A DNA stretch of 63,898 nt, filler included, from Mitosporidium daphniae (Eukaryota), in NCBI RefSeq assembly GCF_000760515.2. It is 4 parts of 4 records of this genome, joined end to end, with 100 filler letters (N's around TTAATTAATTAA, not from the genome) between each part and the next. Parts side by side here need not be neighbours in the genome. Positions count along the whole stretch, not along the records: positions 1 to 16,727 come from NW_013546726.1; positions 16,828 to 33,513 come from NW_013546725.1; 2 more parts are not named here. One strand, 5' to 3'. Positions 12,350 to 22,575 of the stretch are shown piece after piece. The notes under the pieces were generated by a model, which was given only the letters and a program-made list of their open reading frames with translations, was not told where the DNA came from and made no database searches. A program made the position numbers and the translations under genes. Within the stretch, counting starts at the first letter, position 1. Each line of letters begins with the position of its first letter.

Positions 12350-15300
12350 ATGGATTTCCGCGGTCGCGTTGCTATTATCACGGGCGCTGGGGGCGGTATG
12401 ACATCGCCATGCCAACTATGTAGGCCTTGGTAAGGCGTATGCCTTATATCTGGCATCCCTGGGCGCTGCCATTGTCGTCAATGACCTTGGTGGCTCAGTA
12501 ACTGGGGATCGTCTTGCTTCTGACAAAGACAGTCCTGCCGATCTTGTCGTGGCACAAATCAGGGCCTCCGGGGGCATGGCCATTGCTGATAAGCATTCCG
12601 TTTCGAGCGAGGCAGAAGGCATTATTCAAACAGCACTGTCAAACTTTGGACGCATCGATATTGTCATTAATAATGCCGGCATCATTAGAGACAAGAGCTT
12701 TCTTAAGCTTACCGATTCAGACTGGGTTTGGTTTTGGGGCTTTTTTTAGGACTCCGTTATTGATGTGCATTTGTATGGCTCTTTTGCAGTAACTAGAGCC
12801 GCCTGGCCCCATTTGATGCATCAACGATTCGGTAGAATCATCATGACGGCATCTGCTGCTGGCTTGTACGGAAATTTTGGCCAGGCAAACTATTCTGCTG
12901 CCAAAATGGCACTTATCGGCTTTGCTAAAAGCCTTGCACTTGAGGGCTCAAAATATAATGTCACTTGTAATGTCCTTGCTCCTCTTGCTGCTACAAGAAT
13001 TTCGGAGACCGCGTTCCCTCAAGAGGTTTTAAACGTCCTAAAACCAGAGGCTTTAGCCCCTCTGGTTGCCTATTTGGTCCATGAAAAAACAACACACGAG
13101 AATGGATCCGTTTTTGAATCTGCTGGTGGGTGTATAACAAAGCTACGATATCAAAGGTCTGCTGGAATTCTGATCAATGCCAGCGAGAAGAACCCCACAC
13201 CTGTTTCTGACCTCTTGCTCAACTTTAAGAAAATTGAAGACTTTTCTGCTGATCCCACATATCCGTCTTCGATCACGGACACTCCCTGGATGAATCTTAT
13301 CGAAAAAAGCTCAAAAGCTACCACCAAGGCTAGTGGAAAAAGCCATGATGATAAAATCTTATCTGGACAAGTGATTGTTGTAACGGGAGCAGGAGGGGGG
13401 CTTGGAAAGGCATATGCGCTTCTTTTATCATCTCTTGGAGCATCTGTTCTTGTCAATGACCTCAGTGAAAAAGCGGCGTCAAATGTTGTTTCCCAAATTC
13501 AAGCTAAAGGGGGCGTTGCAGAGGCAAATTTCAGCAATGTTGTCACCCAAGGCAAAGAAATTGTAGACCACGCAATGCGTAGATTTGGGCGGCTTGATGC
13601 AATCGTTAATAATGCCGGCATTTTGAGAGACAAGTCTTTTTTGAAGCAGAGTGCGGAAACCTGGAAAGTTGTGATCGATGTGCATTTACGAGGAACTTAT
13701 TGCCTTTGTCACGCCGCTTGGCCCGTTTTTATGAAACAAAATCATGGTCGTATCATCAATACCACGAGTGCTGTGGGGTTGTATGGAAATTTCGGTCAGT
13801 CAAATTATGCTGCAGCAAAGGCTGGCATCATCGGATTGTCAAAGACCCTTGCTATTGAAGGGGCAAGGCATAATATCAAGGTCAACGTTATTGCCCCAAA
13901 TGCAGGGACCGCAATGACGGCTACTGTGATGCCCAATGAGATGGTTGAGATTCTGAAGCCCTCCTATGTGGCCCCATTGGTTGCCATTTTAGCCTCCAAG
14001 GAGCACTGCTCCACAAGCGGCGCTGTTTTTGAAGCGGGATCTGGTTGGTTTTCCATGGTTCGTCTAGAAAGAAGCAAAGGAGTAATGATGAATCCCGGAT
14101 TTGGACTTGCCGATATTTCGAGCGCATGGCCCCAGATTACAAAATTTGGCGATCAGAACTCTATCTTTCCATCTACTATCCAGGGGTCCATTGAACCAAT
14201 ATTGGCGGCGATTCAGTCGAAAACTGCTGCTACTGCTGGCCAATCATCTGGGGACGAGACTGTCTTTTCTTACACTGAAAAGGATGTTATTCTTTATGCA
14301 TTGGGAATAGGGTTCAATGCACAGCAACTGAACTGGGTCTACGAAAGAGATAGCAATTTTAGCGTCTTTCCTACTTTTGGGGTAATTCCTGGATTATCTG
14401 CTCTATTTACTAAAGACGGAACTGGACCATCCAGTTGGGCGGATGCCATTCCCAAGTTCAACTTGATGTCTCTGCTTCATGGAGAACAAAAACTTGAAAT
14501 TTTCAATCCCATCCCAGTCAAGGCTACATTGGTCTCGCATGTTTCCATTGTCAGCATTGCTCAAAAGGGTCCAAATGCTCTTATCGTACTGCGAGTGGAA
14601 AGTAAAGAAAGGTCTTCTGGGAAGCTTATATTTGCAAACGAGTCGACCTTATTTATTAGAGGCATCAAGCTCTCGTCTCAGCAAGTTAAGGTTGCAAAAG
14701 GAATTCCAGAAAAATTGCCTTTCCAGTCGGATGCAATTAAAAAAACCATCAAAAAATCGTCCACCACTGCGGAAGGACAAGCAGCTCTTTATAGATTGTG
14801 TGGAGATTTGAATCCACTTCATATTGACCCATCAATGGCCGCTATGGGTGGGTTTAAGAAACCCATTTTACATGGGCTATGCACTTTTGGAATTTCCGCA
14901 CGCCAAATAGTTGAGGCGTTGGGTGGTCCCAACGCTGTTTGTCTAAACATGATAAAGGGAAGATTTTCTCGCCCCGTATATCCAGGAGAAACGCTCGTCA
15001 ACAATGTTCAAATAAGGGCTGAAGAAGGAAATCAGATTCACGTCACTTTTGATGTCTGCACATCCACCGATTCGGCACCTGTCTTGAGCAATGGGTATGC
15101 AATTTTAACGAGCTCTGCAGCAAACCAGCCACAACCATCACCATCCCAGAATGCCAAAAATAAGCCTTTAGAAACGGTTTCCAAAATGGTGGAAGGATGG
15201 AACCTATTGCCTGCGGCCGAAAAAGACGAACTTGTTGAAAAGGTGAGTGCAACTTTTCGCTAACAACAATAGTTTAACTCGGTCATTAAGTTTGACATTG

Positions 15301-15569
15301 AAGCAACTGAGTCGGTTTGGTTTATCCTTAAGAAGGTCGATGGCATCCCAGTTGGTGTGCAAACCAATCTTAAGGGGGCGGGCTCGGTGAAGCCGGATCT
15401 CTCGCTAAAATTGAGCGAGGACACGCTTTCTGCCCTCTTTGCTGGATCGCTTTCACCCCAACAAGCCTTTCTAAAGGGCAAGGTCAAGCTTACTGGAAAA
15501 ATGGGTCTTGCAATGAATCTGGAGGTTATTCTCAAAAAGTTGAAGAAAACCGCGTCAAGCAAATTGTAG
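12350..15569 (+). CDS. FOX2: Peroxisomal multifunctional beta-oxidation enzyme (two SDR domains, hydratase 2, SCP2, PTS1)
   Basis: Two TGAGGGLG/NNAGI.RD/GNFGQ.NY domains, LYRLCGDLNPLHIDP, SCP2-like PQQAFLKGKVKLTGKMGLAM and C-terminal SKL; introns 12396-12423, 12726-12749, 15243-15272. Confidence 0.95.
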
Positions 15570-15701
15570 GAGCAATGTCTGTCAGAGGGACGTGCGAATT
15601 TTCGAATGGCAATAAATTTATTCTTGGTCAATCCAAGCGGCAATAGATTTATTACGGGTTGTTGACCCTCTTTGGTGCCCCAGTAGCCCTTGTTGCACTG
15701 G

Positions 15702-16466
15702 CTACTTTTCGCGACAGAGCGATCCAGGCACAACTCTAAACATCATTCTTGAAAAGTCTCTATCAATTCCAGCTGTAACAATGTCGCCGATCTTTATTGG
15801 ACCAACACCAGCAGGAGTTCCTAAAAATTACAGGAAGAACATACCTGTTAGAATTAGATCTCCCTGTTCAAGCCTCATAAGCGATGAAATGGTTTGGATA
15901 AGCTCTGGTATTTTAAGAAGCATTTTAGATGTATTCACTTCTTGGCGAAGCTGGCCATTAACTCTGAGCCACAGATTTAGATCCTGGGGATCCAGAATAT
16001 TTTGTTTGGGGATATACTCGCTACCGAAAAATTGAACACTAAATATACCCCACTGGACAAAAGGTATCAAAGCCCTTGGAGATGCTCCAGGGAAGACCCG
16101 ACTTTGCTGCTTCGTTCTGCAAAGTACGAGCAGTAAGATCAATTGCAAGGCAGTATCCTGCGATTGTGTTCATCGCATATTCAGCTTTGATATTGCGACC
16201 AGCGTTTTCACCAATAATTATGCCCAGTTCAACTTCATGCTCAAAGTCCGATTCAACTTGGACCGGTAACCGAATGGGATTTGGTTGCTGCACCAACGAC
16301 GATGTTGGTTTCAAGCAAAAGAAGAATGGATTTTGCCTCAATGGCTCGACAGGGCTTGATTGGAGCCTTTCTTTTAGATGGCATCTAAAGATTTATCATA
16401 AACCGTGTACTCATAATTGCGACCAACAGCAATAATCTTTTTACCATATCGTATAAAATCCCTCAT
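15702..16466 (-). CDS. FAHD1: FAH-domain protein (FAHD1/Fmp41-like), 4 exons
   Basis: KIIAVGRNY, FFCLKPTSS, HEVELG, DLTARTLQ, SKGFDTFCP, GDLILTG|TPAGVGP. Confidence 0.9.
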
Positions 16467-16547
16467 TTCAAAAAAGAATCCGGCATGATGCGGGTATTGG
16501 CTATAATTGTAATATATATTTAAATTAAAATATTTTATCAGCTCAAC

Positions 16548-16666
16548 ATCTACGGCCATACACACTGGAAAACACCGGGTCTCGTCCGATCCCCGAAGTC
16601 AAGCCAGTGCTGGCGCAGTCAGTACTATGATGGGTGACCGCATGGGAATACTGCGTGCTGTAGGTT
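16548..16666 (+). rRNA. 5S rRNA gene
   Basis: 119 nt: ATCTACGGCCATAC..GTCCGATC..GAAGTCAAGC..AGTACT..GGGTGACC..TGGGAATAC..GCTGTAGGTT; 5' and 3' ends pair. Confidence 0.95.
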
Positions 16667-16671
16667 CTATC

Positions 16672-16685
16672 TTTTTCTGTTTTTT
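16672..16685 (+). terminator. Pol III oligo-T terminator of the 5S gene
   Basis: T5 and T6 tracts just downstream of the 5S gene. Confidence 0.7.
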
Positions 16686-16727
16686 CACAGCGCTAATTTT
16701 AATTGTTTACTTTTCAAAATGCACATG

Positions 16728-16827
16728 NNNNNNNNNNNNNNNNNNNNNNNNNNNNNNNNNNNNNNNNNNNNTTAATTAATTAANNNNNNNNNNNNNNNNN
16801 NNNNNNNNNNNNNNNNNNNNNNNNNNN
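16728..16827. other. Assembly spacer N44-TTAATTAATTAA-N44
   Basis: Identical 100-nt spacer occurs three times; stop-in-all-frames linker. Confidence 0.98.
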
Positions 16828-16854
16828 CACGAACCACGAACCACGAACCACGAA
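16828..16854. repeat. 7-bp tandem repeat (CACGAAC) x ~4 at a contig edge
   Basis: Read directly; truncated by the gap. Confidence 0.85.
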
Positions 16855-17625
16855 GTAATGAAGGCAACGAAGCACAAGGCAGCGAGGCAACTAATCAATA
16901 AAGGTGACTGATCGTGATATTGGTCTTAAAAAAAGGTCTGTAACAGGCCAAGTATTGATTGGCAATAATTAAATCCAGGCACATTAGTGCTGAAGAAATG
17001 GCCGATACGGAAAATCTTTGATTCACCGTTCATATCTGGTTATATTTGAACATCCTTTGTTTGAAAAACTCGATCGAATGACTAGGAGCCCTCTTTTTGT
17101 GAAAAGATACCAAATAACAGACTAGTTAGACCGGATCTATTTCTTCATATGTGCCTCATTTTGAGGAGGAGGAGGAGGAGGCTCAAATTTTTTGACGATC
17201 TTTACCGTAGTCTTTTTGAAATAATATGGCGCTTACCTTGAAGGGTGTGTTCATTTCGGCTTCATCTTCTTTATCCAAATTGTGAACATGGTATTTGGGC
17301 GTGTTGTGCGCGTTTTTTCAAAGGGCATCAATAAACTGTAACCATCAAAGTTAGCAATAAAATACCCGCTACACCCTAAAATGTGAATCTGTATCAAAAG
17401 ATGTGATTTAGCACCAGCAAAAAGGGTGTATTTATTCCCCCTTAGCTTCCAGGTCTGGATTGAGGCGTCCCTCTAGCTAACGATCGGTATTTCAAATAAA
17501 GATGCAATCCTTGACAGATCAGAGAAAAGCCACTCCATTGGTTGCCCTTGGTACATAGTGACCCAGAAAACATGTGGCGATCCTTCTGCTCCTTAAGAAG
17601 TTCAGTTGGGATATTTTAATAATAA

Positions 17626-20172
17626 TCAACGGTGATCTGAAAGCTGTGCAAAAGGATGCTCTTGTCCAGGGGGTGGTATACTGCTCTCCCCGGCTGCTGG
17701 CACAAATTGGACATCGGCAATCGAAAACTGGGCCTGGACGGCCCTCTTGACACGCAGAAGCTCGCGAAAGGTATCCTGGGATCCGTGTGCACGTTCAAAA
17801 GTCTCCCAGGCTTCCCAATAAGAGCCGCAGGTGCGGCTATCTGCCAGCCTAGAGCCGTAGGCATAGATTGATCTTGCACGCTCAACTTCACCCAGTGAGG
17901 CCTCCAGTGCTGCGTATCCAAGACATAAATTACGAACTGCAGAGTCAGGAAGTGGAGAAGAAGACGATCGAATTGCTTCTTCGTAAACATCTCTCGAGGC
18001 TAAAAGCCCAGAATAATGCTGTGTCTTGGCAAGTAGTACCATCCAGAGATCAACAAGATCATCTTTAGGAGCGGTGGCGGAGGCCGCCACTGCGGTAATA
18101 CCTCTCCTTAGCACAGAAAGTGAGGCCCGGGGCTGTCCAAAGCGCTCTTCGAAGCTTGCATAGGCGATCCAAACTGTCTTTGAGTCTGGTGCACCACGAA
18201 CAGCTTGCTCGTAGAGCTCACGTCCTCGTTCCACTAAACGCCAGGGACATTGCTGTCGATTGCTCAACATCGCTTCGAAGCGGCAAAGATACGCAGACCA
18301 TAAGTCCATAGCTGCCGGAAAACCAAAGGCCGCAATGGCCCTCTCGTAAACGCTAAATATTATAGCATCTCTAGAATCTTGGTTTGAATCGCTACGTGCC
18401 TTAGGATCATCGCTACGTGCCTTAGGATCTATTTCGGTAGAATCTGCGGCGTCAGGCTGCGAATGGCTCCCTAAAAGGATGCCAGCATTTCCGCTCTCCA
18501 GAAAGTCAATGTATGAAAAGACAATGGCTGGAGTCGCAATACGCAGCTCAAGTGTGCGCTCAAACGCGCATTTGACGCGAACAGGTCGTCCCATCTTGAT
18601 TTCCATCTCAATAATTGCACCCCAAAGAGCCAGGGCTCGAGGATGAATAGCCGTAGCACGCTGCAAAATCTCCAATGCCATTTCATTGCTTCCAGAAGGC
18701 GGGTCGCTAAATGCAGAAGAATAGGCAAGCCACACAGAGGAGGTTTCCTCCGTCGAGGCAAAATAGTCTGTACCATTGCCTAGAGCTCGTTCAAAGATTT
18801 CTCGCTGCTCTTCCGAAGAGGTCGCTCCTTTTGCAAAAGCTAGCCATAATTCACTCAGTTTATGGCTGCCTCGCTTTATGGAATCAATGGCCTGCATGAA
18901 GAGTTCGGTTCTTCTTGTAGGATCCGCGGCAATTCCAAGCGAAATTCGTCTTAACCAAAGCCCGACGTCTGAAGGTGAAGCCCGAACGAGTACTCCACTC
19001 AAAAGCCACTCTCTTTGCGCCATCAGACGTTCAAAGCGAGCAAGTCGCCAGTCTGCCTCCTGGCGCAGTGACAGTTGGGGGTTTCGCCGCTTTTTTGAGA
19101 GCTGCCGTAACAAACGGCCTATAGCCATCTCTTCCAGTTTTGCAAGTGCATCAAATACAAGGCCAAAATCGCGGGCTGTGCGGATAAGAACGCCCTTCCG
19201 GCCATCAAGAGCGGATATTAGGATATCACGGGCTAATTCCTGGGCTCCAGCTTCTGGGCGTTGTAGCAAATGTGCAGAAAGCGCAGCAAGTGCCCAACCG
19301 GCATCGTGTGCAAGACGACCGTCAGCAATACCCGCCAGTACTATGGCTTCTAGCTCTCCTGGCCGCATCTTAGAGGTTTGAGCGGCCAGCTCTACCATAC
19401 GATGAAGGTATGCAGCAGAGGTATCTCCCTCCACAAATTTTCCTTGCTCTTTTACATTAAGACGCCTTGATGCAATGGCCTTAAGAGCAGCCTCTGGGAG
19501 GTCCCTTGTTTCCAATAGGAAAATAAGCTTGTCTGTAGCTTCTGGATCTATCGCTGCATATCGAGAAAAAATGGTTGCAGCAACCAAAGAATAGCATTCT
19601 GGCTTTTCTGCCATGGAAAGACCTATGGGCCATACTCTGTGATGTTGAGAAAGAGGAAGGGCGCGCAAGGCCCTGTCAAATACCCAAAGAAAAAACCTGG
19701 AATTTTTCCCGCTACTATCTTTTAGTTGGGCCAAAGAAGCCATAATATGTTCGAGATAGGAGATCCACATTCTCGGCGCTTTTGACTGAGTTAAGAGAGC
19801 CCGCTCCCAGAGCCCGTAAAGTGCTTGAGAGGAATTCTGGTCGGCTGCAGGACAACTTTGTTGATCGACCCTTTGATCCGATTTGGAAGCTTGCAAGAGA
19901 CGGTGGTCCAGATATGATTTCCAAAGTTTATAAGAGCCTGGGAACAGCTTGAGAGCCCGTTCATACAACGACCAGAGTGGAAACCATAAAACAGCATTTA
20001 CAGAATGCTCTTGTTCGAGGGACTTGACACGTTCGAGAGAGACGCACTTTAAGTCAATATACCTTATCCATATCTTTATAGCGTATGGATTTCGCTGGAT
20101 ATCTTCTTCATAAGGGATATCCTCGTCCTGGATGAAGGCGAGCACTTGAGCCTTCGTTAGAGGCTCTTCCAT
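17626..20172 (-). CDS. SYF1: Pre-mRNA splicing factor SYF1/XAB2 (HAT repeats)
   Basis: EDIPYEEDIQRNPY, YERALKLFPGSYKLW, FDRALRALP, WETFERAHGSQDTFRELLRVKRAVQAQF. Intronless, with a 21-bp internal duplication at 18388-18429. Confidence 0.93.
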   Translation of the reverse strand: MEEPLTKAQVLAFIQDEDIPYEEDIQRNPYAIKIWIRYIDLKCVSLERVKSLEQEHSVNAVLWFPLWSLYERALKLFPGSYKLWKSYLDHRLLQASKSDQRVDQQSCPAADQNSSQALYGLWERALLTQSKAPRMWISYLEHIMASLAQLKDSSGKNSRFFLWVFDRALRALPLSQHHRVWPIGLSMAEKPECYSLVAATIFSRYAAIDPEATDKLIFLLETRDLPEAALKAIASRRLNVKEQGKFVEGDTSAAYLHRMVELAAQTSKMRPGELEAIVLAGIADGRLAHDAGWALAALSAHLLQRPEAGAQELARDILISALDGRKGVLIRTARDFGLVFDALAKLEEMAIGRLLRQLSKKRRNPQLSLRQEADWRLARFERLMAQREWLLSGVLVRASPSDVGLWLRRISLGIAADPTRRTELFMQAIDSIKRGSHKLSELWLAFAKGATSSEEQREIFERALGNGTDYFASTEETSSVWLAYSSAFSDPPSGSNEMALEILQRATAIHPRALALWGAIIEMEIKMGRPVRVKCAFERTLELRIATPAIVFSYIDFLESGNAGILLGSHSQPDAADSTEIDPKARSDDPKARSDSNQDSRDAIIFSVYERAIAAFGFPAAMDLWSAYLCRFEAMLSNRQQCPWRLVERGRELYEQAVRGAPDSKTVWIAYASFEERFGQPRASLSVLRRGITAVAASATAPKDDLVDLWMVLLAKTQHYSGLLASRDVYEEAIRSSSSPLPDSAVRNLCLGYAALEASLGEVERARSIYAYGSRLADSRTCGSYWEAWETFERAHGSQDTFRELLRVKRAVQAQFSIADVQFVPAAGESSIPPPGQEHPFAQLSDHR

Positions 20173-20282
20173 GTATACAACAATCTGAAAATTTAATTCA
20201 ACTTTAGGGCCGAGTACAATTAACCCCAATTAATAGAGCAATTAATTTATTTATTTATCTATTTATTTGCATATAAAAAAGC

Positions 20283-21292
20283 CTATTGCTGATGCTCCTG
20301 TGAAAGCTGGTTTGCATCTACAGGAAGGTTGAACACATTCAAGATCTCAGAGTAGTCAAAATATTGCCCCGTTTGGATATCGTCACCTGTACCGCCTATG
20401 GCCAAGTCAACCTCTGGCTGTGCGAGCTCCAGATAGGCCCCTTGATTGAGTTTTAGCGGGGCGGGAGCTATTGTCCCATCAACACAGTCAAGTAATTCTG
20501 AAGATGTTGTCTGCTTTAAAGATCCATGGTCTTGTATGAGATACACGTCAATGGGTCCATTTTTGCTACTCAATTGCAGCTCATGGTGATGCTGGTATGG
20601 AGAGGCAATGTCCCGTCCCCCTGCTGTCCCGGAAGATTCTGGCTCTGGAACCTCGAGTGTAGAGCCATATGGCGCCTTTACGGCGAAAAGGGTGTCTTCA
20701 GAAAATTTTGGCAAATCCCTAATATCTGTATGCAAGACATAGGCAAGCCTTGAATTAGTTAGTCATCAGGATGAGATACCGTTTAAAAGACTTGTTCTCG
20801 GACATTGATTTTAAGATCCCTTGGATATATTCTCGATGATGGTCGAGGAGCGCTTCCTCGCGCCGAAGCTGAGCAATTTCATCCCTCAGCTCATGGATTT
20901 TTTGTCCCTGCATCGAGTCGCTTATGGAGGATGATGCGGAAGAAATCCCACTAGAAATAAGCAACTTATAAACCATACCTCCACTGGACTGTGTTTTTGG
21001 ACTTTTTTTCAATGAGCCCAATGCCTTCCAATACATTAGTTATGTCATATATTCGGCGTTTTTGAACTTCCAACTTTGCAGATGCTTCATTAAGATCCAC
21101 GGTGCCATTTGTTGAATCCTTCAGCAATTGCACAAACTTCCTAGTCAACAGACCAAGAGAGTTGTCAAATCTGCAGGGGGACGATGATATGGAAGAGGAG
21201 GGGGGTGCAGATAGTGGATGGGTTGAAAAATTCATTGGCGAAGATACGCTTGGGACAGCTGTTGCGGCCACAAACCCAGGCGAAGAGATCAT
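20283..21292 (-). CDS. E2F: E2F transcription factor, 3 exons
   Basis: [41 protein letters not shown]-binding domain; LAYV..AVKAP..LEVPEP..GPIDVYL marked box; introns 20951-20978 and 20749-20779. Confidence 0.93.
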
Positions 21293-21513
21293 TATACAAA
21301 TCTATTCGGTAGAAACACAGGGGTCAAAAGGCAACAAGGGAAACGAATTGCGATTGTATTTTTAAAACCCTCAACAATTGTAATTTCAAACTTCTTGGTT
21401 GTACTTTAAAACTCCCCGCTGTACTTTCAATTGGGCTTCATTGATAGTCAACTTAAAATACAATTTATGATGCGCGTCTATTTAAAGCCTCCAGCCTCCC
21501 ATTCTATTGTCCA

Positions 21514-22553
21514 CTAGAAAAATCTCTTTGAGATTTTCCGGGCTAAATAATTTACAGATTTTCCAGGTCCCGCCGTTAATATTCCCTTTGCTGCTTGGCA
21601 GGCGGAGGAATAAAGCACCTTTCTCTCAAGACCTAGGCATTAAAGATCAATTTGCTTACAAGAAGCTAATTTATCTGGCGAATTGATATAGTCTGACCGG
21701 TTCGCCTCGAAGCTCCTTGGAAGATATGATGATAAATATCGCCTGTATTCATCCGATTTAGGAAACGAAATCGTTTTGCTGCGAAGTTGTGTGGCAACAT
21801 CCGTTTTAAACCCCTTTGCTGTGCAAGAGTCTTGAAAAATCTCAATTTCGCCAACTTTCTTGATCAATGGGAGGTATAATTCCTCCATTGCACAAATGGG
21901 CGAAAATGGCGAATGGCCATTAAACGGCTCCATGGTGATGATTTTGAGGATTTTTCTTGGATCCTCGGCAAACTTCATTCGCACGTCGCCGAAATACGAA
22001 AGCGATACGATCTTGGTAAAGAGATCAAACAGGGAACATTCCTTTTTTTTCTGGCCCAATATCAGCAAAGATGCAGAAAGCGCAGATAAAAGGTTATCTT
22101 CAATCGCACAACATAAATGCGGAAAGTGTGTTACTGGCCGTATCCATTTTACTGGCTTCTGGAGCCTTCCAGCAAGATACAGAAACTTCCAGTTTTTAAG
22201 ATCGTCAAGAGCAGAAGCAAGGGATATAACCCCATATTTGACCTAGCAAAATAAATTGCAAGAAATACGTTGTGCCCAAAGACGTCGTTGTCAAAGCTTA
22301 CGTATGGATGGAAAAATAGGCCCGCTGGTATGGTGTCATTCAGATAAGAAAGATACCTTGGAGGGAGCGCTTTCATAATGGCAGAGTAATGACATGGATA
22401 TTGTCTCTTTGTGAGCGAGTGGAATGCCTTTGTGTCTTCCACAATCAAAATATAATCTGTCTGCACGGAACTGTCGTTTTCGGCTGTGTTGATTGCCGAG
22501 CCATATGCAAACGCAGCAAGAATCGGGGCGTTAAAGGCAGATGTAATATCCAT
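21514..22553 (-). CDS. TAM41: Mitochondrial phosphatidate cytidylyltransferase
   Basis: AFAYGS, KYGVIS, LYLAGRLQKPV, LSYFGDVRM..EDPRK, and C-terminal QAAKGILTAG. Confidence 0.9.
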
Positions 22554-22575
22554 GGAAAAATTAAAAAAATTTGTG

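Noticed and set aside
16772..16783. TTAATTAATTAA palindrome repeated three times
   Set aside because: Always centred in identical N44 flanks; an artificial contig linker.
18388..18429. 21-bp duplication in SYF1; also a 25-bp doublet near 42313-42365 and (TG)n near 37459
   Set aside because: Ordinary slippage repeats with no sign of function.
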